A stretch of DNA of 63,918 bases, the filler included. It is 4 parts of 4 records of this genome, joined end to end, with 100 filler letters (N's around TTAATTAATTAA, not from the genome) between each part and the next. Parts side by side here need not be neighbours in the genome. Positions count along the whole stretch, not along the records: positions 43,667 to 58,419 come from SRR31156797_196; positions 58,520 to 63,918 come from SRR31156797_255; 2 more parts are not named here. The stretch is one strand, 5' to 3'. How positions within the stretch are numbered: position 1 is the stretch's first letter; the number at the start of each line of letters is the position of its first letter. Of the stretch, positions 53,301 to 61,579 are shown piece by piece. A program made the position numbers and the translations under genes. The notes under the pieces were generated by a model, which did no database searches, was not told the origin of the DNA, and saw only the letters and a program-made list of their open reading frames with translations.

Positions 53301-54776
53301 ATTAGCGATCCTTGCGAACTGGTTAATTATGGTGAAGTGCATGAATATACTGTAGAGATATTTGATACAGACGACATGGGATCGCTGCAGGGCACTGTTT
53401 TCAACTGGGACAATGATTTCCCCCAGCCTGGAGTTGCAATATTTATTCCGGAACATGGCATTGCAACGATGAGCGATTTTGAAGGTAATTATGACTTCGG
53501 ATTGCTTCCTGGTGGAGGAATTATCAATCTTATTGTGGAGCAGGAGGGATATTTCGAGGAAAGTGTTGCATCTGAAGTCACGCCTCCCGGTCAAACCATC
53601 CAGGATATAACCGTTAAGCCAGTTCACCAGAATTATTTTGATTTTCCTGAAGGGTGGAGTGGGTTGTCAAGCTTATTTTTTATCAACAGAAATGTGGAAG
53701 AGGTCATGTTTCCATTTGAGGATCAGCTTGTCATTGTGTCATCCCAGAACGGGTTTTACTATCCCGGCGAAAATGTGAATACACTCAACCATTGGGAGGA
53801 TAGCCCCGGCTACATAATCAAAACAAACGAAGCTTTCAACTTTGAATATCCCGGTTGGACCCGTAAACCGGCTGAGTTGGTACTACCGGCAGGCTGGAGT
53901 ATTTTGCCAGGCTGGAATGACTGCCCTGTGGCAATTACTGAGGTATTTAATGCAGGCGGTAGTCCACAACCGGAGTTGGTTAAAGAAATAGGTGGTTCAG
54001 GTGTTTATTGGCCTGATATGGGTGTTTATTCCCTCAACGATCTTGAACCCAATAAAGCCTACCATGTGCTAACAGCAGCTGAAAGTTTGGTTAATTATCC
54101 GGGCTGCGGAACGAAATCCGGCTCAATGGATAACAAAGCTGTATTTGAGAATAATACGACATGGTCAACACCCGTGTCAACATCAAGTTCGCATATCATC
54201 CATATTGCTGAAGAGTTTGTGAATGGTGCAGGATTATCTACCGGTGATTACCTGGGTGCATTTGATGCCGAGGGGAATTGCTATGGAATAATCCAACTGA
54301 CCGGGCAAAATAATTTCGCCATTTCAGCTTTTGCTGATGACCCGACCACTGTAGGCAAGGATGGTTTTGTTGCTGATGAGATCATGTATATCAAAGCATA
54401 TGTTGCAGAAAACCGGGAAACCAGGGAACTCAATGTAGAGTTTAATCCTGACATGCCTAACCAAAAATTGTTTGCCCATGAGGGGTTGTCTTCGGTATTG
54501 TTGAAAAGCACCGGTACAGCGATGGATGCTGGCGCAGTTTCATCTGCCAGGGTTTTTCCAAATCCGGCAACCACATGGGTAACGATATCAGCTGTTGATA
54601 TTTCTTCGGTAAGCATTTACGATATTCATGGTCAATTGATCGGGAAACAAGAGCAATCTACGGCAGTTAATGATGGTTGGATTCAGTTTGATATTGCTGG
54701 ATTCTCACCCGGAATTTATACCGTAAAAACCGTAGCCCGGGGAAATATATATGAAGAAAAACTCATAATCCAATAA
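50397..54776 (+). CDS. S8 subtilisin-family protease with cohesin-like, two GEVED and Ig-like domains and a T9SS C-terminal sorting domain
   Basis: Triad IIDGG / HGTACAG / GTSSACP; GETQDYT and GEVHEYT; VFPNPA...PGIYTV...KLIIQ. Confidence 0.92.
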   Translation: MKVRYLHLLLFLFCIGVVHSQTINFQSSKEELLDYHLSNFESFDFIPDQLIVKLNHELELSDGVYTSPHQQVNTTFEALEVYDVQKLFNKNLDVNRVQKESFGLTRFYIIDFPKGTDLKAALTKLAALEEIEVVEPNYLAFTTAVPNDPLYDEQWALNNTGQAVQYNTNNPVGTPGVDLAMQEAWDITTGSSDVIVSIIDGGVDLSHPEFAGRLVAGYDFVYDDNDPNPGDGDAHGTACAGIVGASGNNGIGVAGIGWDVSIMPIKAMDGGSGSWADISSGITWSADNDADIISMSLSGSGYSTTLETAVNYAFGLGCIIFASAGNNNEDLTINPRSPAVFPNTVCIGALSPCDERKSPVSCDNETWWGSNYGSDLDFMAPGTRNYTTDISGSAGYTSGDYAPFFNGTSSACPHAAGVAALILSVDPGLTNTEVRTIMQNSCVDMGAFGFDNQTGYGRVNAYNALSGLQPATCDIIFNPGFQNAVPGQEFSIEIWVEDVENLAGYEFNISYEPDYIDWMGYELGDFIYSTGRTQLPFWVEPDPENGFFYFRQGTVGDSPPGPDGDGRLFTANFKVKDDPLALETIQFNVSEYEMTMPDGSNITANLGNSVLSLAGYCEEGLFVSGCIEGDRLTYVGMADMENVSLECSPDAYADFTDIFINVLQGVNYDLFLEVGFGDQYVSAWIDLNDNVEFEESEKVLDGFYIDTEGVREQTMISILNDFTPGEHRFRLRTVWDNSLVEPCAVYGYGETQDYTINIHPNDQFAQIEGFVFDAETGDPILNALPQVNDTGVQDEPSQNGFYSFIVEAGYLSLSCSAPGYATVSADPATIGPGEVLVNDFFLEHATCSEDLFEAGCLEGDGINDFFLNHIQHPASGCSEGGFGDFTDMKTILACGATYSCEVSTGYDEQYLSIWIDMNDNYVFDPEELVLENAFLELAGVLYPFDVIIPEVCPPGEHIMRARMNYYDPISDPCELVNYGEVHEYTVEIFDTDDMGSLQGTVFNWDNDFPQPGVAIFIPEHGIATMSDFEGNYDFGLLPGGGIINLIVEQEGYFEESVASEVTPPGQTIQDITVKPVHQNYFDFPEGWSGLSSLFFINRNVEEVMFPFEDQLVIVSSQNGFYYPGENVNTLNHWEDSPGYIIKTNEAFNFEYPGWTRKPAELVLPAGWSILPGWNDCPVAITEVFNAGGSPQPELVKEIGGSGVYWPDMGVYSLNDLEPNKAYHVLTAAESLVNYPGCGTKSGSMDNKAVFENNTTWSTPVSTSSSHIIHIAEEFVNGAGLSTGDYLGAFDAEGNCYGIIQLTGQNNFAISAFADDPTTVGKDGFVADEIMYIKAYVAENRETRELNVEFNPDMPNQKLFAHEGLSSVLLKSTGTAMDAGAVSSARVFPNPATTWVTISAVDISSVSIYDIHGQLIGKQEQSTAVNDGWIQFDIAGFSPGIYTVKTVARGNIYEEKLIIQ

Positions 54777-54799
54777 CCTCCAATATTTCCAATTATGTT

Positions 54800-54843
54800 A
54801 ATGAGGCTGCCTGGAAGTTTTCCGGACAGCCTCATTTATTTTG
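54800..54843. terminator. Terminator between convergent genes
   Basis: AATGAGGCTG-CCTGGAA...TTCCGGA-CAGCCTCATT hairpin + TATTTTT. Confidence 0.75.
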
Positions 54844-54885
54844 TGGTAGTGCCTGAGTGGTACTGGCATATCCGGGATAGTATGG

Positions 54886-55287
54886 TTAAAAATCCATATT
54901 ATCAAGGATAATGGTCGTTAGCGATATCATACCTATATATTGCTTGTTTTCCTCAATGGGTGCAATATGGAGCCCCGCCTTCATAAAGAGTCGCGCCACA
55001 TAGCGGACGTCCATATCGGCAGGTACGCTTATTATCGGTTTGGTCATGATCTCGAATACGTTTACCTCGTCTGAAGTCCTTTCGGGGATGATCACGCCGT
55101 TAATCAGGTCCTTCAGGGTTACTATCCCGTAAGCATCCTGGTCATCACGTTTTTTCACAATCAGGGTGTTTACTTTTTCCTTGCGCATGAGCAATACGGC
55201 TTCGTGCGCTGTTGCCATGCCATCGATAAAAACAATCTTTTTATCCATGGCAGTTTTGGCGCTTTGATATTCTCTTCTTTTGGTCAT
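54886..55287 (-). CDS. CBS-domain pair protein
   Basis: AKTAM...GIVTLKDL and VFEIMTKP...IGMISLT. Confidence 0.9.
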   Translation of the reverse strand: MTKRREYQSAKTAMDKKIVFIDGMATAHEAVLLMRKEKVNTLIVKKRDDQDAYGIVTLKDLINGVIIPERTSDEVNVFEIMTKPIISVPADMDVRYVARLFMKAGLHIAPIEENKQYIGMISLTTIILDNMDF

Positions 55288-55305
55288 CTGAAAGGTTTTT
55301 ATAGT

Positions 55306-55653
55306 TTAAAAATACTCGCCCCTGGCCTGGCTTTTAAATTTTTTCATCTGGCTTTCAAGCCCGATGGCATGCTCGATAGGCAATACGAATGCGATACCTG
55401 TACCGGGTTTTTTAAATTCTCCGGCTTCTTCTATCACTTCAAGAAGCTTGTCTATAACATGTTCTTCCACCAGGAAGGTAACGATGTCGGTTTGGTCTTC
55501 GATGCTTAACCCGAAAAAAGTTTTGGCTTCGTGGATGCCTGTACCCCTGGCCTGTATTACACTTGCCCCGGTGGCTCCGGCTTTTTTCATGGCATCTACC
55601 AGTTTGTCGGTGATGGTGGGCTTAACATAAGCCATGATCAGTTTAAACTTCAT
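55306..55653 (-). CDS. P-II family (PII-like) regulator
   Basis: KLIMAYV, GATGASVIQARGTG, PGTGIAFVLPIEHAIG. Confidence 0.9.
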   Translation of the reverse strand: MKFKLIMAYVKPTITDKLVDAMKKAGATGASVIQARGTGIHEAKTFFGLSIEDQTDIVTFLVEEHVIDKLLEVIEEAGEFKKPGTGIAFVLPIEHAIGLESQMKKFKSQARGEYF

Positions 55654-55659
55654 TGTTGT

Positions 55660-56427
55660 TTATTTTTTCTTTTTAGAATTCAACTTGTTCTTCAAATGCA
55701 TAAATTGTGCGTATCCAAGTACGGATATGATGGGGAAAACGCTTGCAAAAGCGATCAGCCCGAATCCATCAATCGCCGGGTTGCTGCCTGGTACTTGCGC
55801 CGATAAGCCCAAACCGAGTGCTGCAACCAGCGGGACAGTTACAGTGGAAGTGGTAACACCGCCGGAGTCGTAAGCCAGTGCCAATAGTTTCCTGGGTGCG
55901 AAAACCGATTGAATCACCACAATTACATATCCGGCGAGTATGTAATATTGTAAAGGAGTGCCCGTAACAATACGGAACGAGCCCAGGGCAAGCGCAAACG
56001 AAACGCCAATTGCAACTGTGATCCGTAACCCCCGGTGGCTAATGGTTCCCGCCGAAATTTCGCTTGCCTTTAGCGAAACGGCAATCAATGCAGGCTCGGC
56101 AACGGTGGTGGCAAATCCGATCATGGCAGCAAAAATATAAATCCAGTAGTAAGAACGCCAGTCGGTGCTCTGTAAGGTATCCGAAACGGCCATGGCGGAC
56201 AACTGAGTAGCCATGATGTCGCCGAGTGGAAACAATGCTTTTTGCAGCCCCAGTAAAAACAGGGCCAGCCCTAAAACCACATACAGACCGCCTACAATAA
56301 GTTTCCTGAGATGCGGCAACGGCTGCCTGACCACCACGAGCTGAAAAAACAGGATCAGCACCAGGATAGGCGTCACGTCGCGAAGGGTAAGCAATAATAT
56401 TTCTATAAACGCTTTAAGCATGTTCAT
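55660..56427 (-). CDS. DUF1538 family membrane protein
   Basis: [41 protein letters not shown]. Confidence 0.88.
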   Translation of the reverse strand: MNMLKAFIEILLLTLRDVTPILVLILFFQLVVVRQPLPHLRKLIVGGLYVVLGLALFLLGLQKALFPLGDIMATQLSAMAVSDTLQSTDWRSYYWIYIFAAMIGFATTVAEPALIAVSLKASEISAGTISHRGLRITVAIGVSFALALGSFRIVTGTPLQYYILAGYVIVVIQSVFAPRKLLALAYDSGGVTTSTVTVPLVAALGLGLSAQVPGSNPAIDGFGLIAFASVFPIISVLGYAQFMHLKNKLNSKKKK

Positions 56428-56438
56428 ATCAAAGATTA

Positions 56439-57203
56439 CTATTTAAACCAGAATGCACCGTAACCCATTACAAATATCATGGGCATAAGCGAGGCCAGTG
56501 CAATCAGCCCAAAACCATCTACTAGCGGGCTACGTCCTTTAATGGTACTGGAAAGGCCCACTCCAAGTGCAGTAACCAGCGGAACGGTGATGGTTGAGGT
56601 GGTTACCCCACCGGCGTCGTACGCCAGGCCGATGATCTCTCCGGGGGCAAACACCGTCATCAACATCACGATCAGGTAGCCACCAATGATGAGGTAATGC
56701 AGTGGCCAGCCTTTTAATATCCGCAGCACGCCAATCACAATGGCAAACCCGACTGAAAAGGCTACGGAAATCCGCAACCCCAGCGCATAGTTTTTCACAT
56801 TCACCGGGTTGATGTCAATCAGGCCGGCCATAGAGGTGATCCTTGCAGCTTCATTGGATATGGCAATCAGGGCCGGCTCCGCAATGGTGGTTGAAAACCC
56901 AAGTGCAAAAGCAAATGCCAGCAACCAGAACAAACTGCCCTTTTTGGTAAGTGCATAAGCCATGGACTCCCCCAGTGGAAAGAGGCTGGTCTCCAACCCT
57001 TCAATAAAAAGCGCCAGGCCTGCCACCACAAAAAGGCTTCCAATCAGAATTTCTGCAAGGTCAGGGAACGGCTGACGAATCACCACCAATTGGAAAAACG
57101 CAATCACCAGGATGATTGGAACCAGGTCGTAAACCGCACTTGCGAGTTTCCTCAACACTTTGCCTGCCCAAAGTTTAATGATTCCTTTACCGTTACCATT
57201 CAT
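56439..57203 (-). CDS. DUF1538 family membrane protein (paralog)
   Basis: [41 protein letters not shown]. Confidence 0.88.
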   Translation of the reverse strand: MNGNGKGIIKLWAGKVLRKLASAVYDLVPIILVIAFFQLVVIRQPFPDLAEILIGSLFVVAGLALFIEGLETSLFPLGESMAYALTKKGSLFWLLAFAFALGFSTTIAEPALIAISNEAARITSMAGLIDINPVNVKNYALGLRISVAFSVGFAIVIGVLRILKGWPLHYLIIGGYLIVMLMTVFAPGEIIGLAYDAGGVTTSTITVPLVTALGVGLSSTIKGRSPLVDGFGLIALASLMPMIFVMGYGAFWFK

Positions 57204-57407
57204 ATGGTTAGCCTTAATGCATTTAATACCGTGAGTGGAAATAACTTACAGTTGATCCTGAAAATTAACGCCCTGACGAAAATATAAAAGTTTTTTAATG
57301 TTGCCATCAACCGTTTAGGAGTGAGTGACAGTGAATCGAAGATATAAAAGAGGAATATTGAGCTTATAGTATCCCGGAAAAATGTGTGATCTCCATTACT
57401 GAAGTTG

Positions 57408-57877
57408 CTATTCGGATGTCGTTGTGTTTTTGATTTCGTCGATCAGGCTGGTGAAAATTTTGACCTTAATGCTGCGTCGCAATTGGTAATCTACAATATA
57501 GCGCAACTTGAAAGTAATAAAATTTTCATCAAATGTCAGGGTTTCATATTGGTAAATCTGTTTATTCAGATATTGCAAAACAAGCTGGTCTTTACTTTCA
57601 AATCCCGGTTGGATTCCTGCAAAGAAAGATCCCATTTTTTCAAATGCGTTGCAAAGTATTGCTGTATCCGGTTTATTGGTGGGAAGGTTAAGGTATATTG
57701 TTTCTACCTTTACCATATTCAGCGATTTAAGCAAGTAAGATTCTTTAGGGCTGCATCATCTCCATGTTTTATGATGAAAATTATTGAACTGAGATAACTA
57801 TCCGTTTTGACTTTCAGGGTGGTATGCTGATCAGTGGATTTCTTAAGTTTATTGTTACAATCTGCATGAGAAATCAT
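57408..57877 (-). pseudogene. Frameshifted C-terminal remnant of a GNAT-like protein
   Basis: ETIYLNLP...FEKMGSFFAGIQPG...LVLQYLN in 57408-57734; apparent preceding segment TTLKVKTDSYLSSIIFIIKHGDDA lies in another frame; N-terminal part absent. Confidence 0.5.
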
Positions 57878-57920
57878 ATAACAGATGTGGCAGATTTTCC
57901 CTGGTGAATATCACGCACCT

Positions 57921-58335
57921 GATGGTGCTACCAATATTTAATCCCTGACAGGACAATACGTGTTTTTGACGTGGCAAATTTTCCTGATGATTACCTTGGA
58001 TCACGTCTGCGGATTTTTATGGATACATTTTTATGGGGCATATGTTGCTTTAATATATTTTAATCGGACCATAAGAATAGAAATGAAACAACATTTCAGA
58101 AACAGATTACGATCCGGTGGCGATAGAGACAAAATATCGGTAAAAACAGAATAACGTATAAAACCAGTCCCGGTAGGGACGATATATTGGTAGAATTGTA
58201 TCATTGAATCTACAACAAGTCCCGTGAGGGACGAAATAAAAAATTAAATTATGGCAAACACCTACACAGAGATTCATGTTCAGGCAGATGGTGCTACCAA
58301 TATTTAGTCCCTGATGGGACAATACATGTTTTTGA
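57921..58335. repeat. Cluster of REP-like palindromic repeats (CTACCAATAT..GTCCCnnnnGGGAC)
   Basis: 49-bp direct repeats at 57921-57969 and 58287-58335 (4 mismatches); inverted copy at 58167-58195; partial hairpin at 58219-58232. Confidence 0.8.
58251..58287 (+). mobile_element. tnpA: 5' remnant of an IS200/IS605-type (TnpA/RAYT) transposase gene
   Basis: Translates MANTYTEIHVQA, matching the MANTYTQIHIQ-type N-terminus of Bacteroidota IS200-like TnpA; flanked by REP-like hairpins. Confidence 0.6.
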
Positions 58336-58419
58336 ATTGGATACATTTTTCCTGGTGGTATTCAAATTTTTCAAAGGTTTGAATGGTCATTTTTCAAAGC
58401 TAAAAGAACTAAGGCTGAG

Positions 58420-58519
58420 NNNNNNNNNNNNNNNNNNNNNNNNNNNNNNNNNNNNNNNNNNNNTTAATTAATTAANNNNNNNNNNNNNNNNNNNNNNNNN
58501 NNNNNNNNNNNNNNNNNNN
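58420..58519. other. Artificial contig spacer
   Basis: 44 N + TTAATTAATTAA + 44 N. Confidence 0.98.
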
Positions 58520-60633
58520 TGTCCCTCGGGAGGGGAGAGGAGGGGCAGTGTTTCCAGGATCTGCCGGATCAGATCTGCCGGGGGGGCTTTCTCCCCGTGA
58601 GACAGGGCCCTTTCCAGGGCTTCGCAGAGATCTTCCATAAACCCCTCGGGCAGGGGGATATCTCTCAGAAACTCAGTGGAGAGGAGGGCTCTGAAGCCGG
58701 ACCAGGCCCGGAGGTCGCCATTTCCCATCAGGATAAGCAGCTCCTTCAGGGCGCTGTGGGCCGCGGCTGTGATGGAGGGGGAGGGTAAACCGAAGCGTCT
58801 GAGCAACCTGGGAAAGGCCGCGGGGTCGGGCTGCCCAAGCTCTCCCGCAAGCCTTCCGAGTTGGGCCCTCCGTTCCCTGTCGTCAAGATCGCGCAGAGAG
58901 AATCTGCGGCTCCTTCCGCCCATGGCGAGGGTGATGTCCGTAAAGGAGATCTCGTCCTCTCTGAGTACGAAGGAGAGGGATCGGCCCGGTCCTCCCAGGC
59001 CGTCATCCAGTTCCGCCGTCCCTGTTCGGACTCCCTTTTCCCCCCGCTCTGAACCGTTCCGGGATGTCCTTGCCCTTAAGCGCAGGGTGCCCCGTGTCGC
59101 CACCTGTCCGTAAAGGTCGGCCAGCAGGAGGGCGGCGGCTCTGGCGAGCAGTCCGTCGTCCTTTCTGGAAAGGCTTTTTTGATAGATCTCAGCTCCGCTG
59201 CCCCTGTCCGGAAGATTGCTCTGCGCCTCTGCGAGGGTCTCATGGAACTCCCGAATCGCCTCAGGAGGGAAGATCTCGCCGTAGAGCTCCAGGAGCCTGG
59301 CGGCGTAGAGGAGGTTCTGCACGGGTTCCACTCCCGAGATGTCGGCGAAGAACCAGCCGCAGGAAGTGAAACAGTACATGGCGTACTTCTGCCCTTCCAG
59401 AAGGCACAGGATTTTTTTCTGGATTGTCGGACTTTCGATTCCCCGGGCACTCAGGAAGTCTGCGGCTCCGCTGCGGCCGGTGAGGACGGAGGCGTAGGCG
59501 TTCCGCAGATCGTCGGGATCCTCATGGGGCATCAGTTTACTGAGCTCTCCTCTGTAGATCCCCTCCGCCCGGCGGCTCAGGTTTTCGAAGGCATTCCGGA
59601 GGGGCGTCCTCCAGCTCTGGTTCCATCCCCCCGATGATCCGGTGGCGCATCCGCAGTCTTTGTACCAGCGCGACACGCCGTGGGAACAGCTCCAGGAGCT
59701 GCCCCGTCCGTCTTCCCCTCTCTTCAGGACGACCTGCCCGGCCGGAGGCAGCCTGTCTGTGAGTTGGGAGAAATTCATACATTCCAGCCCGGGATCGGCC
59801 TCTATCTTCGCCAGGAGCGCCGACAGGCCCATATTCCCGAGGGCCTCGTGGTGGCCGTAGATCTCGCCGTCCGTGGCCACCGCCAGCATCTCGCTCTCCT
59901 CCAGCTCGCTGCGTATGACGGCGTAGAGGCTGTCTGCGTCTCTGAGGAGATGGTTGAAGGAGATGCCGGAAGAGAGGCCGGGATGGTAAAAGTAGATCCT
60001 CAGTCCGCCGGACGGGCAGTCCAGGGTCCAGGGGTGGCGCCAGAGCTGCTCGGGGTCTTCCGTTTTTCCATTCAGGGGAGGGGAGAAGAGGAAGCGCTCC
60101 GCCTGATGGGGGGACAGGATGGTGTATTCTATGCCGCTGCGGACCATCTCTTCCGCCGTTCCGGGACAGATGGCCGTTTCAGACAGCCACAGCCCCCGGG
60201 AATCCCTGCCGAAGCGCCCCTTGAAGTCTTCCAGGCTCCAGGCTATCTGGGTCTTGCGGTCCCTTTCGGATGCCAGAGGGAGGATCATGTGATTGTAGAC
60301 CTGGGCAATGGCGTTGCCATCGCCCCTGCTCCGTCGGCTCAGGCTGTCTCCCTCCAGGATTTTGGCGTAGACATGGGGCTCCTCCTGCTCCAGCCAGGAG
60401 AGGAGGGTCGGGCCTATGTTGAAGGAGATGTGCTCGTAGTTGTTGAAAAAACGTTGGATCCTGCCGGAACCGTCCAGCAGGGGGGAATAGGCGTTGGCCT
60501 CGTAGCATTCGCGGCATATGCGCCTGTTCCAGTCGGCATAGGGCGCCGCCTCCTTCTGTTGCTCCAGGACTCCCGTCCAGGGATTCTCGCGGGGAGGCTG
60601 GTAGAAGTGGCCGTGAATGATAATTTTTTTCAT
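58520..60633 (-). CDS. GH57-family protein with DUF3536; 3' end truncated
   Basis: Likely start MKKIIIHGHFYQPPRENPW at 60633 (ORF track 60807); GLWLSETA, ATDGEIYGHH, SWSCSHGVSRW, FTSCGWFFADISG. Confidence 0.88.
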
Positions 60634-60829
60634 CCCTGGTTCATATTGTCCCCAAAAGGGGAGCTTTGTAAAGCGGGGATGGATTCTACCCGCTCCAGAG
60701 GAGGAGCCCGCAGGGCGATCCTCCCGGAAACCTGAGGAAATCCTGTGCTTTTGGTCCGCCGGGGCCCCTTGACATGATCCTTTCATTTTTCCTACGATTA
60801 AAATCATTTTTTAACATATCGGGTGGTTA

Positions 60830-61579
60830 ATGACTGAGGAACGTCTTTATTCTTTTTCATATGAGCAGCTGCTTGAGATTTCGAACCGCGGGAATATTCC
60901 TGTCACACCTGGTGTCGATAAGAGCACGCTGGTATCCCTGATCCTCGACGCCTTCGAGGAAGACAAGAATGAGCGGGAAGAGCTGAACAATCTGGCCATA
61001 CAGATGGAAGCGCGCAAATTCTCCATCTCTCAGGATGAAGAGCTTGATCTGGGGCAGGACGATGACCTGGAGCTCCCTCTCCGATACAACGAGACCGGAG
61101 CGACCCTGTTGCTTCGCGATCCCTCCTGGGTGTTCTGCTACTGGGATCTGGAAGACAAGAAGGTGGATGAGATCCGCAATACCCCCGGCTTTCAGGGGCT
61201 TCTTCTTCGGGTGGTGGAGCTGAACACGAAGGATTACCACAAGGATAACGTCCTTGATTACTTCGATATCCCCATCAAATTCAGCGATTACCGCCGCTAC
61301 GTCAACCTTCCCGCCGAGGACACCTTCTACTGCGTGGAGATCCGCGCCGTGGTGGAAGAGAAGGACTACCTCGTCACCCGCTCGAACAGCATCGAGACGA
61401 CCAGGGAGTACGTAACCGCTCCCCATGACAACGACATGACCCATACGGATGAACTGATACGCCTCTCCGGTTTTACAGCCGAGTTCGGGGAGACCCGCGG
61501 CGTATCGGGATATCAGGAGATTCCGCAGAGAATCATACCGATCCATGAATTGCTGGACGAGGAACAGTTTAATGATTAA
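60830..61579 (+). CDS. DUF4912 domain protein
   Basis: LPLRYNET..LLLRDPSWVFCYWD, RSN motif; short N-terminal helical segment; translationally coupled to GH57. Confidence 0.85.
   Translation: MTEERLYSFSYEQLLEISNRGNIPVTPGVDKSTLVSLILDAFEEDKNEREELNNLAIQMEARKFSISQDEELDLGQDDDLELPLRYNETGATLLLRDPSWVFCYWDLEDKKVDEIRNTPGFQGLLLRVVELNTKDYHKDNVLDYFDIPIKFSDYRRYVNLPAEDTFYCVEIRAVVEEKDYLVTRSNSIETTREYVTAPHDNDMTHTDELIRLSGFTAEFGETRGVSGYQEIPQRIIPIHELLDEEQFND

Noticed and set aside
2516-57797. Numerous 60-180 aa overlapping ORFs in the ORF track
   Set aside because: Antisense or out-of-frame within supported genes, with no motifs or independent support
57921-58335. Possible CRISPR array
   Set aside because: Only two direct copies 366 bp apart plus inverted copies; no regular spacers or cas genes
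60634-60807. 58-aa N-terminal extension of the GH57/DUF3536 ORF
   Set aside because: The family motif starts at MKKIIIHGHFYQPPRE; the extension covers the divergent promoter region
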